Positions 1-12,400 of a stretch of 64,000 nt of DNA are shown in pieces. This DNA is from Geosiphon pyriformis uo1. Lineage: Eukaryota > Fungi > Glomeromycota. The notes below the pieces were generated by a model. It worked only from the letters and a program-made list of their open reading frames with translations, was not told the origin of the DNA and did not search any database. The stretch is taken from assembly GCA_016748015.1 (NCBI GenBank), contig JAAOMT010000439.1:703527-767526 (forward strand). Direction: 5' to 3'. Each line of letters begins with the position of its first letter. Position 1 is the first letter of the stretch. The translations under genes were made by a program, and so were the position numbers.

Positions 1-3000
1 ATAACAAGAAAACCATCCCATAATACCGTATATACAGACAGGCGAGCAGTATTAATGGTCAGCAGAGTGTTACAAACCACACCAAAACCATGAGACAGAT
101 GAACATCAGAACCAGCACGATCCTCCACAAAATAGGGACAAATAGAAGAAGGAACAACACTACCAAGAAATTGAATGGAGAGATCAAACCACAAAGGGAC
201 TGGGCCATGAAGGTCTAGTCTCTTCCAATGCTTAAAGATTTCCCAACTGAAAACATCCCCATTACAGTCATGAAGCTGTTCTACAAAAGCAATTCCATAA
301 CGCCTGAGTGAAGAGACACACTTGAAAAAATAACATTCACTGAGAACCAGAAACATAGGAGTACCACTTCAACGGCAAAAAACACAAGTCAGAGAGCCAC
401 CCAAAGACAAATCATACCCAGAAAAGATACAAACCACATTCGCCAAAAAATTATTCAAAGAACTGATACCAATGCAAGCCGGAAACAGCAAGGAATGACG
501 AGGACACCAGCTAAGAGCCTGAAAGTCATGAGACCTATAAGAGAACAAGTGATTCAAGACACCAGTAGAATTTGCAAAAGCAACAACAGAGGCCGATTTA
601 CTCTCAGTCTGGATCTGTTCGAAGGTCTTTAAATTGTACAAAAAGGGGTGATAAAGTGCATCACTGGGGAAATCACGTGGCAACCCAGACTTAGATCTCA
701 AGATCTTGTGTATTAGAGCATCCCATTTATTACAAACACCAACAGAAACGAAACTGAACTGAGTCCTGTAGTTGATGATAGAGAAAAAAACTGCAAACAC
801 CAAATATGCACACTGTTTGTCCAAAACCGTCTTCCTTAAAACAAAATTCACAAAAAACCGCACATCCGCCTGAGCTTTAGCCAAGCTAGGCTTCGAAAGA
901 CTCTCAAAAGACAAAAAGATACCAAGATAGTGATGAGATTCCCCTTTCTTGGTAATAGAAATGGGCAAGCCACTAATGGTTAAATGAGGGTCCATCACTT
1001 GGCAGTTGATAGGAATGGCAACTGTCTTGTCGTTATTTACAGAAATGTCATTGAACCTGAAAAATTCACTAGCAACATTAAGGATGTGTTGAGTAGCAGC
1101 CTGGCTGCTACCAACCCAAATAGTATCATCGACGAAAGCACCAGCAGTGAGAAATAAAGTCAGTTTAGCTTGAGGATTTACTCAGCCAGTTTTGGAAATA
1201 AAATGAGAATTCATTCTGTAACCACACACACTCTCCTGTCTCTTGATCTCGCACAAAAGTGAATCATAAAAAATACACCAGAGAAGGGGTGAGAAAACTT
1301 CTCTCTGATCCAGCCCATCATGGACACAATACTCATTAGTCAAGCCAAAATCAGTCATCACCCTGTTGACGCAACTATTGTGAATACTGCCAAAAAATCT
1401 AATAAACCTGTCACACATTTTGATCCTGACCAGACTCCTCCTAAGATGTTTCCAACCAACCAAGTCATAAGCTTTGTGCATGTCTTGTAAAACCAGCCAA
1501 AGTTCACAGTTCTTTTCCAAGGCATCCTCAACCACAGAACTGATAGCAAAAATGGGAGATTGCATCATCATACCTTTCAAAACAGAAAAATTGTCTCCAC
1601 GAAGAACCTCAAAAGTGCTGTAAGCCAATGAAATCCTATCTAAAAGGATCTTGAAAAAAATCTTGCAGGCCGTTTCAATTAAAGCTATAAGATGGGTGTT
1701 CGTGAGAACTTCCTCCCATTCATATGGTTTAGGAATCATCAAAACCCAAACTTCTTTCCATGGCCCAGAAACCAATTTACCAACCAAACAGAAATTCAAA
1801 AGCACCAAAAGCAAATCCAAAACAGATTTGTCACAATGTTTTCATAATTCATTGGAGATACCAGAAAGACCAGCCATCTTTCCATCAGGAAGATCCTTGA
1901 CAACAGTCAACAATTCATCAAAACTAATCGAACACATGACATCAGAGAAAGCACCATCAAACACGTAATCCAGAGGCCAATATTGGCAGGCCCAATCCTC
2001 AGAAATGTTAGATACCACCACATGCTTTTTGGTCCAACCCTCCATAATTTTGTCTACTTTAGACTTAACCAAATCAGGCTCTAAAACCAACTCATCTTCT
2101 ACAACCAAATGATCCAGGACCATCTTGCGAAAAAGATGCTCCAAAACACTCCTAATGGTGTGTCCCTTGTTCAGCTCAAAACTTTCCATCCTCTTACCAA
2201 TAGCCTGTTTGATCAAGGATTTCTCAGCGCGCTTGGATTCTAATAACTTAAAAGAGCAGTACGATTTCCTTGCTTTGGCCAGCACAGAACAAATAAGATC
2301 AAAATTAGAACCTGAAAGAAACAGAGACTTAACTACTGATGCACCAGGGGAGTCGAACTTGTGCCACACCTCCAACAAAGAAGCAAAACCATCACTAGAA
2401 GCCAAATGCAAAGTCTTGACCAACTTAGAAACCAGCAGTTCCAGCTTGTGAAACCTAGAGGAAGTCTTGGTAAACACACCATCAAAATCTTTGAATCATT
2501 TTTTCTTAAATGTACCACCTGCTGAAAAAACCATGATCTTGCGAATAATGTCCCACATAGCGTCCATATCTGAAAACCCCACTGCCACACCAAAAGCATC
2601 CAAGAACATAGAGGCATTAGCAGCCAAAGCATCTTTGAACTCCAACCATCTAGCTTTATTGGCACTCTTGATGTCAAACTTCCAACAATCTCTATTCGCT
2701 TGCATGCAAAGAGAATTTAAGCACATATCCAAAAGTCCACCCAAACCCAAAAACATTGAAACAGCTTGATGGTCCATGTCAAAATGCTTACTGACATTTA
2801 AAATCCCATGATTTGCTATCGCATTGACCAGATTCGGGGAGACAAACACATAATCAATTGTTTTTTTAACACCCCTAGAATTTTTCCAAGTGGACATTTT
2901 CGCAGCCAGACTACTGACTAAAGAATTAACCAGACCCAAATCAAAGCATTTTTTAAAACTTGCACTCTTATGAGAACCATCTTTATTAAAATCACCCCTG

Positions 3001-3440
3001 AGAACGACAAAAGAAGATTCGTTAACAGCCCTCACAATAAGAGAGTTGATCTCATCAGCCTGAGAAAACCATACTACCAAAGAAGCACCAGCATAAAGCC
3101 CCAGAATTAACACTGAGAGCTTATTCTTGAAAAGTAATTTAATAGACAGAAGCCGGCCAGGCACTTCAGAAACCTTGTACACATGCCTTGTCAAAAAAGA
3201 GTCCATGACAACTACCACACCAGCACCCAGATATCCAGAATCCAAACCAGAGGTAAACACCCAAACACCATCAAACTTGTTGATAATTCAGGAATGAACC
3301 TTATCCTTCAACTTTGTCTCAGTAAAAATAGAAACCAAATTGCCCATGTCTTTGTGCCAATGAATTATAATGTCCTGCTTCGCAGGAACGTTCATGCCCC
3401 GAACATTACATGTAGCAAATTTCCAAACCAGATTGCTCAT
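1..3440 (-). pseudogene. LINE ORF2 (APE endonuclease, reverse transcriptase, start of RNase H), disrupted by stops and frameshifts
   Basis: ORF fragments 3288..3479, 2496..3260, 1842..2477, 1182..1820 and 369..998 are collinear with copy 2 ORF2. Confidence 0.9.
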
Positions 3441-5349
3441 TGGGGTGAAGACAGTAAAGAGGAACCCGAACCAGCACACAAGAGATCTAATCTCACCAAA
3501 ACAGAACCAACTGAAGCCTCCAGAGCTAACATTTTAGACTCCAAACCACCCACCTTGGTAGTTAGAACCTTCGAACTACTCAAATTAAAGCCAGCACCCA
3601 TATCAATACTTGGAGAATGGAGATTGGATGATGCCAATTCACCATCCAGAGCCATGTCAGAATTCAAACCAGGGGCCAAAGGCATAGATCCAACCAAAAA
3701 AGGGGCACCAATTTAACAAAACTCAATTTTCTCAAAATATCAGACACTTGGTTAGCCAACAACTCGAGAGAGTGTTCCAAAGATGCCAAGCGAGCATTCA
3801 AAGAAGAGTTGGCAATTGTAGAAGAGGGAGGACCACTGCCCAAATCTGAGATCATATGGTAAGAGGAACCAGCACCAAGACCAGAACCAGAAGGAAAGCC
3901 ACCAGAAGGGGAAGCAAGAGAGACTACCTGGGCCCACAATTTGCCACCAAAGGCAGCAGGGCGGGATATAAAAACATTTTTCTTTGCATATAACTTGGCC
4001 AACTGGAGATGATCCACACCAGGAGCACACCTTTTATTAAAATTATTCAAAAGATCAGAAGACAACAAATTTGATGCATCACACTCTAAAGCTAAATGTC
4101 TAAGATGCTCACATTTTCCATACCGAACCAAATCCAGTCTAGTCCAAAAAAGATAAACACCACCAAAAACAGGCTCAGTAAGAAAAGCAAAATTCAGATC
4201 ATTCTCGGATTTGAAGCCAATGACAGCACAACAAACCCTATTGCCAATGTTCAATGAACGATTAATGATGTAAGTTCTGTCATTAGTTCTATCCAGAAGA
4301 TTACTAAGATCATGTGCTGTTGTTCCTACTGGCAACGTAAACAAAAGCACCCTAAAACAATCTCTAGAGGCCCAGATATTGTGATCTCCCACAGCTTTCG
4401 CCACATGCACAGAGTCTTTCCCAATTAAGAAGGACCATTTTGAAGCCAATTGCTCTGCCTGTCCCAATTTGGTGAATTCCACTATAGCCTTCTGCCACAT
4501 TCCGATTAGCTGAATTTTGATTGATTTAATATCCCCAAATTCAGACACTGCGGCGACAATCATTTCTTTTGGTGTATCCATGAGAATTTTTTTGATGATT
4601 ATGGCCTGATCTGAATGCACTCCTTGTCTCTTGAGATTGATGTTTATGATGATCCCATTTTCTCCAGCCAATAATGCAGCTTTTTTTATGCTTTTTTCTG
4701 ATGTGAATGTAGATCTGATGATTCCTTTAAATTTTGAGAAAGTAGTGGCTTCCCCAAAACCATTGATTTTTGAGAAAATTTTTCTTATGAGCTGAGTCTT
4801 TACCATCACCGATTTGCCTTCCATATTTGATATATTGATATCCAAAGCAAATGATTTTTTAACCATTATTTCAACTTGAGCCTTAATAATTTTAGGATCT
4901 AACCAAATCCTGTCCAGAGAGATACCAAGAGGAGAAGGGAGGGGACCACCATTATTATCATCCATATTATAATCCAAGAAACCAAGAAGGGAACTGTAGT
5001 CCAAATTATTCTTAACTCTTTTTGCCTTAGGAGTTGTTGTAGCCAAGCTGAGAAAAGAACCACCACCACCACCAGCCAATATGTCACCAACAACACTGTC
5101 ACCAGAATCACTTTCCATATTCGAGTATTGACTTCTTGTAGAACAAGGTTTGGCCAAAGCAGCTTCTTTCTTATCACCAGACTGATTCATATGGCGAAGG
5201 GAAACCCTTTTCTTTTGAGAGAAAGAGCCATCAGTAGAACCAGAAAAAGCACCAACAGGAGCTTTCTTATTCAACATACTACTGCTGGGAGCAGCTTCCA
5301 GGTCCATAACAAATGGATTATTTGTAAGAGAAATAGTAAAATATAGCAA
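3437..5349 (-). pseudogene. LINE ORF1 (RRM-like repeats, degenerate CCHC knuckle, coiled coil), frameshifted near 3700
   Basis: ORFs 3664..5349 and 3437..3697. RRM-like 'AAVSEFGDIKSIKIQLIGMWQKAIVEF', knuckle remnant 'YGKCEHLRHLALEC', heptads 'LASLEHSLELLANQVSDILRKL'. Confidence 0.85.
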
Positions 5350-5449
5350 GTAGAAAAAACAAAAAAAAAAAACAAAGAAACTACTTTCAAAAACGTGCTC
5401 TTTGGGGAATTTGGGATGTAGGAGAGAAAGAAGTTTTATTTTTTTTATA

Positions 5450-6460
5450 TTAATAATTTGTATTTATTATAAATTTTAATAAAACATTCAAAATAAATTG
5501 TAATTGCTTTATTTTTTTTGTTTTATAATAATAAAATAAATTTAAAGCCAGTTAATACTATTGTTATTATTGAAATATTGTAAAAAAATAGTTTTAAATA
5601 TTGTAAAATTCTGTGAATTTGTAATTAAGTTTTATTATTATAAATTAACAGTATTTTAAAAAATATATAATATTATTTAAAGTATTTTATTATTATTTTA
5701 ATTATTGGCTATAATGATTTTTTTTATGTTATTTAGTCAAAGCTAAACATTATTGTTTTTATTAATAAATTTTTTAATTTTTATAATTAATATATAGATT
5801 ATTAAAACTATTAATAATAATAATAAGTTTAATAATAAAAAAGCTTTTATGTTTAATAATATTAATAATAAATAAATTGATATAATTAAATTTAATAGTA
5901 TTAAGTTTATTAAATTTATCAAGTTTAAAATTATTTTTAAAGTTTAAATTGTCAAAGTTTTAATTAAAATAAATTTTAAAATCAAATTTTTTTAAGTTTT
6001 TTTTTATTTTTATTTTTTTTCAGACTTAATATTTTTTTAATTACTAATAAAACCAAATTTAAATTTAAAAAATAATAATTATAACAATAAAAATATAAAT
6101 AACTATAATATAAATTTTTTAAAATATTTTTTATATTTTTTTAATAAATTGTTATTTTTAAAGTTGTTTTAAAAAATAAGTTTGAAAATTTTTGGTTTTG
6201 TAGTAAACATTAATACAGTTTTTAATAAAATTTGAATAATATTTTTTAAAGTATAATTCTAATAGCAAAATAACTTTTAGCTTTTTTTATTAAGATATTA
6301 TTATTATTTTTAGATATTATAATAAATATTTAAAATAGTATTTTAAATATATTTGTAAATTTCTGAATAAATTTTTGTTAATGTATTTACAAAATCATAA
6401 AATTAATAATAATTAGTGTATTGTTTAAGTTTTTTATAAAAATTTGCTTTTATAAATTTT
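5450..6460 (-). mobile_element. Hypermutated Ty3/Gypsy-like LTR retrotransposon relic (gag)
   Basis: The minus frame 5802->5512 reads IIYILIIKIKKFINKNNNV*L*LNNIKKIIIANN*NNNKIL*IILYIF*NTVNL***NLITNSQNFTIFKTIFLQYFNNNNSINWL*IYFIIIKQ. Reversing C>T/G>A gives a Retrotrans_gag pattern (F.G..DDAQ.WL.D.EKAI.ANGW...W...FK.AFLQYF...KQ). The stops fall where Q/W are expected. The extent beyond 5802 is inferred from composition. Confidence 0.65.
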
Positions 6461-8751
6461 TTATTATTATTAAAAATTTAACAAGTATGGTTCAACCACT
6501 ACTTAGTATAATAAAACAAACTAAGTATTCTAAATTAAGTGAAGTTTATTTACTTTCTACATATAATTAGCTACTTGAGCCAATTTAAGCTATATTATGC
6601 TGACAGCTTATAAAAAACTTGCCCAAAGTAGACATCTTCTGAATTATATCAAACAAAGTGAGACTACTAGGAACCAATCCAACAAACTATTTGATTGTTT
6701 TCATGAGACTGAACCTAATCTCAAAAGATTTAAATTCTCAGAATGCCATTAATTTACCAAACATCTCATCACTTACTTTAACTAAAACATCAGAATTACC
6801 AGACAAATCAATATTTTTTATGCTACACTCAGTTTTTAATGCTACCATCTCTTTCTTCAACTTACCAACAAATTTGCTGAAAGCACTCAAATGCACCATA
6901 AGTTCATTAATTTTGTTTCTAAGCTTGCTGTTAAACACAAAATTACTCTTAATAAATTGTTCAAAAGCAGTTACCAACTCACCAATAGGCTTAACAATAG
7001 ATTCAATCAACATTAACAATTTGGCCAAGTCAGATTTCAAAGACATGAGCCAAGACAAAATCAAAAGATTATTTTTAACTCCAGAAAAAGAAGTAAAAGT
7101 TACCAATAGAGAGAAATCAGAAGAGTCCAGAGAGACAGACATCTTAGCAAAAACTTTGTGTTTACAAAGCATAGAACAAACATTTTGGGAGTTTTAGAAG
7201 AAAAGACAGAGACATTTTACAATTTACAGCCAAGTAGTTTATTTCTTGACACCTAAAACAGTACTAACAACCAGATATTTCCCACCAAATACAACACTTT
7301 TTTTATGTACTAGTCTTAACAATAGCAGCATTTAAATCAATCTGAGATCCAAACATAACCAAAACAAACTGAAAATAATGACCAGAATCAGAAAAGCAAA
7401 GAATAAAACATGTCTAATCATCAACCTAAAAAACCATATCACTGATTTCAAAAGCAGTACAGCCAAAAAAAAGGTTGATCAGCTTGGCTTTAAACTTATT
7501 ACAAAATAAAATAGTTTCATTCTGATTCACTAAGGAGAGAATTTTAATACTATTTTTGTCTACCAAAACTAATCAATGGCTTAAAACAAACATAGTAGAG
7601 TCCAACATTTTAAAATAAACAATCACATATTGCCAAACACCAGCAGGCTTTAGCATGACATAAGTAATACTACCAAACACACCAAAAGCTGTCTTAATAT
7701 TAGCAACAAACACATCTAAAGGCACATTACACAGTACAACAATAGCAGAAAAAGAACCAAACTTAGAAACCACCAAAAACTTAACAATTTTAAGAGTGAC
7801 CAAACAAACAGAACTTGTAAGTTTAACCAAAAATGCAGCTTTCAAAGACACTTGAGAAGCAAACTCCATACAGAAAAGTTTTATATTGTCTTTTAACACT
7901 GACTTTACATCCAGAAAACCATGTACAAACTGAAAAACAGTCTTAACATAAGCCAATTTGATCTTGAAAATAGCATCAAACACTAGAGTAGAAGTCACTC
8001 ATTCAGCAAACTTTTAATAACTAGCAATGATTTCTTAAGCACTATCAGCAACAGCACCAAAAACCAGAAGAAAAGATGATTTAATTTCCATTTGGTCAGC
8101 CCAGTTCTTAAGAACAAATGACATCACAGAAGATATTTGCTTTGCTTTTAAAACCAGTAAGAATTTGCCAGAAAGCATTATATTTGGCAATACAGCTAAT
8201 GATTAATCTTGGTCTATCTTAAATAATGTGCTAGATAAAACAATAAAGATTTTATTTAAGATCTCAATTGGAACCACAAAGAAGTTTGGTGTAATAATAG
8301 CAAAAGCAAACAACTGTTTCACTTTTCTGAACTTTTGGTCTTTTTGACCATTTTTTTTAAAAAAGAGATACTAATAACACTTGGTATTAAAACTATAAAA
8401 GAGAAGACCAACTTATTAACTGGTCTGTTATTAAAAATTTTTGGGCTCTTTGAAAAAATAGAGGCAATACTGGGATTAATTTAAGTGTGTTTTTTTGAAA
8501 GAACTTTGACTGGTAAAAAACCAGCCAAAAATAAAAAAGTTGCTTTAGTGACTATCAAAGGCAGCTTTTTACGATTATTGGGTAATAAAAAGACTTCTAA
8601 AACATTTTGCCTAGTTGTTTTCACAACAGAAAGAGCTTTTCTGGTTGAAATTTTATTAAGTATCTTAGAAAAAATATTAGGTACAGCTTTTTTACTTTTT
8701 ACTTTGGTCATAGTCATAAAATTAAGGAGATAAAGTTTTTTTTGATGTTAT
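6461..8751 (-). mobile_element. ORF1-only non-autonomous retroelement (HAL1-like), copy A
   Basis: Collinear with 41632-43922. One decayed ORF from ATG 8717 (MTMTKVKSKKAVPNI) to the stop at 6595; no APE or RT. LINE-type 3' UTR at 6478-6594 and a (TAA)n/A tail. Candidate low-complexity TSD TTTTATAAATTTT at 6448-6460 and 8752-8764. Confidence 0.85.
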
Positions 8752-8764
8752 TTTTATAAATTTT

Positions 8765-9276
8765 AAATTATATTTTTTTAAATTATATTTAATTTTTTAT
8801 TAATATAAAAATTAAATACTGATTCTATTAAAAAATAATTATTAATTAAGCTTAAATTTTTTTAAAAGCATTTATATAATAATTCATAAACTTTAAATAA
8901 TTGGTTTTTGTAAATTTTAATTCTGCTATTTTTGCTAATTAAATTTAACAATATTTTTGTTTTTTGTAAATTATATTTTATAAAAAACATCAAATATTAC
9001 AGATAATTAATTGATTATATTAGCTTATAAATTAGTATTTTTATATTGTTAATTAATTTAAAAATTTTGATTATTTAAAAGTTTTAGTTGATTGAATTTT
9101 TTTTATAATAAGCAGAAATTTAATAATAATAATTGGTAATACTTGGTATTTAATTTTTTTAGCATAGTAATTAATTTATTTTGGTGTTTTTTATTTTTTT
9201 GGTAAGTAATTCAATAAACCAATTTTATATTTATTCTTGTATATTTTACCAAAAAATTCTTAATGTTATAATTTTA
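8765..9276. repeat. Hypermutated repeat relic, split by LINE copy 2
   Basis: 9116-9276 aligns with 39369-39536. The homology resumes at 15933 on the far side of the LINE, matching 39525-39690. Confidence 0.7.
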
Positions 9277-9409
9277 TTTATTTATTTATTTATTTAACAA
9301 GTGAGATCCAAACACTACTTAAAACTATACATCAAAGAAATGATTTAAACTAAGTATGAATCATGTGTTTTCTATACATGACCAGCCATTCAAGTCAGTC
9401 AGGACAACA

Positions 9410-12400
9410 CTATGTACTTATATTGACAGAAACCAGGTTGCTAATACCTAAAAAAAATGAACAAGACTTGCAAAAGCCAAAACGGACACCAAAAGCTTTA
9501 GCAATACCAAGCAATTTAATCACACCAGCTGAGAACTTCAAAGCCAAACCAGAAACTGAGATAAAGATCGAGCTATCTATTGGGATCAGGCCATTCTTTT
9601 CCATAAATGTGTGATGCTTAGCACAGACCAACCAAACGTCATTCCTAAAAGCAAGACAAATAGAATGCACAAAATCAACAATCTTAATACCAGCAACTTT
9701 GGGATCATGGAAGATGGAAATAGTCTTCCAAAGCCAATCATTGAAAACAAAACCTTTGTAAAAAGCTGATGAAACTGGGAAGTCCAAAGCACAGGTTGAC
9801 AGTATTTACAACACACCTGAAAAAAGAAAAGAAAGACCAGAAAGCACCCTCTAAAAAGACATACAAGATTTCAAAATCTAATGGTAAGCTAAATTATCAA
9901 CCACACAAGAAAACACATGATCAAACACCTCTACCTTACCACAATATAGACATAGAACACTAGGGTAACATTTATTGTACATGTGCTTTTGGACAGCCAT
10001 AGGAAGCTGACAGTGCAAAGCCTTCATGAGGTAAGTTCAAATGTTGGCAGTCAGCCTGCTGGTAAAACCAGTGGTCATATGCAAATCAAAGTGCCAAACT
10101 CTGGAAGAACAAAGCCAATCAATATCTGAACACAGACCACCATCTAAAAATCCAAAACCAGAACCGACCTTCCAATGTGCATGACAAACAGCACGAAAAA
10201 CATCACAGACAAAGTGCTTAAAATTATCAGAAACAACACCACCATCTGCCAACAAAAAATGTTCACTAACATGAGGAGAAAAATACCAACCAGAGAGAGA
10301 TGCAGCATTAGCAATGCTATCAGTACAATCATTTTCCGAAATACCAGAGTGGTCCTTAACCTTATGCTATTTAACTCTTAAATTCTTACTGTGAATAACA
10401 TTCCTAATATGCTGACACTCAACCCAACACTGATTGCGAAAATCAGGACACATCAAGTCAAACTCTGAACTGCAAGCATCCAAAGCTGCCTAACTATCAA
10501 AAACAGGTAAACAGAATGAGCCACAGGCATGTATTTTAGAGCCAATACTATAGTCTGCAGCTCTGTCAAAATAGATGACAATAAGCCATGAACACTGACA
10601 CCCAAACCCAAATTAATGTCCTCAAAAAAGGCAGCAGCTCCAGCCTTACAACCAACCATACCCAAATTCTTCAATGAACTATCCATGTACATAGACAAAC
10701 CACCAGCGCCAACTTGAGAAAGGTAATCACAGATAGACACAAAATCATTAGAACCACAAATGTCCAGAGGACCAGCATTAGCCAACACCAATGGAGAGAA
10801 ATGAGGAGCCTCAAGAAATACAACAGAAAAGTCAAACCATTTGGGAACTGGACCATGAGGGTCCAGTCTCTTCCATTGCTTAAAAATGTGCCCAGCTAAA
10901 GACACCACCATTATGATCACAAAGCTAGTTCACGAAGACAACACCATAATGCTGGAAAGAAGGTAAAAACTTGCAAAACAAAAACTTGTCAAGAACAACT
11001 GACATAGGTACCCTACTGTAAAACTGGAAAAAGCTGGCCAAAGAGCCATTCAAAGACAACTTGCAGTCAAAAAAAATGTGAACCATATTAGTTAAGAAAT
11101 TATTAGAAACATTGACACAAATATGAATAGGGGAAACCAATGGATGGACAGGTCACCAACACAGAATCTGTAAGTCATGAGACCTGTGACTGAACAAACA
11201 CCCAAAATTCCACCAGAGTTCGCAAAACTAACAAGTGAAGCAACCTTGCTCTCAGATTAACACTGTGAAAAAGACTTTAAGCCATAAAAAGAGAGGTAGT
11301 AAATTGTATCACTAGAAAAATCCAGCAGAAGACCAGATTTCAGCTTCAAGCCCCTGTAAATCAAAGCATCCCATTTGTTGCATACACCAACAGGAACAAA
11401 GGTAAACTGTGTTCTATAACCAACAATAAAATGAAGAACTGCCAAAACCAAATACAAGAACTGTTTATCTGAGACAGCTTTCTTCAAAACCAAATTAGTG
11501 AAAAAATGAACATCTGAATACACCCTCACTAAACTAGATTTAGAAAAGCCCTCAATTGAAAAAAAAATATCCAAGTATCGATAAAACTCTCCCTTTTTGG
11601 CAACTGAAATAGACAGACCACTAATAGAAAGAGAAGGATTGCTGATCCTGCTGTTAATAGAAATTGTCACTGTTTTGTCATTGTTAATTGAGATGTCATT
11701 GATCTGAAAAAATTCATTGACAACATTGAGAATATGTTGAGTAGCACTTAGACTGCTACCAACCCAAATTGTATCATCAACAAAGGCACCAGCAGCAAAA
11801 AAGGAGGAACATTCAGCCCAAGATTCAACATGACCATTTTTGGAGATAAAATGAGAATTCAGCCTATATCCATATATACTCCCCTGATGCTTGACTTCAC
11901 ACAACAAAAAATCATAAAATATTTACCACAAAAGAGAGAAAAAAACTTCTTCTTGATCCAGACCATCATGTACATAATAACCATCTGTTAAACCAAAATC
12001 TGTCATAACTCAGTTGGTATAATTATTGTGAATGTTGCCAAAAAAGCGAATGAATTTACTACACATTTTAATCCTGATCAAACTATTTTTGAGATGTTCT
12101 CAGCCAACCAAATCATACACTTTCTGCATGTCTTGTAGAATCAGCCAGAGCTCTTGGTTCTTTTCCAAAGCATCTTTTATCATTGAACCAATTGCAAAAA
12201 TAGAAGATTGAGTTGTTGTACTCTTTAAAACTGAAAAATTGTTCCCACAAAGGACATCAAAAGCACTACACGCCGAGGAGATCCTGTCAAAAAAAATCTT
12301 AGAAAGAATCTTACAAGCTGTTTTAATCAAAGCAATAGGACGAGTATTGGTCAAAACACCCTCCCACTTATACGGTTTGGGAATCATTGAGACCCAGGCC

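Larger units (their letters stand above)
1..5446 (-). mobile_element. Non-LTR retrotransposon (LINE, L1-like) copy 1, decayed; 3' part runs off the window start
   Basis: Collinear ORF1 (3437-5349) and fragmented ORF2: APE start 'MSNLVWKFATCNVRGMN...SIFTETKL', APE motifs 'GDFN...IDYVFVS...DHQAV', RT 'WKEVWVLMIPKP...IALIETACKI', 'LQDMHKAYD', 'GLDQREVFSPLLW', catalytic 'AGAFVDDTIWVG' (~1110-1145). RNase H start 'LSVYT..DG' at ~10-45. The 5' motif at 5387-5437 is shared with copy 2. Confidence 0.93.
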
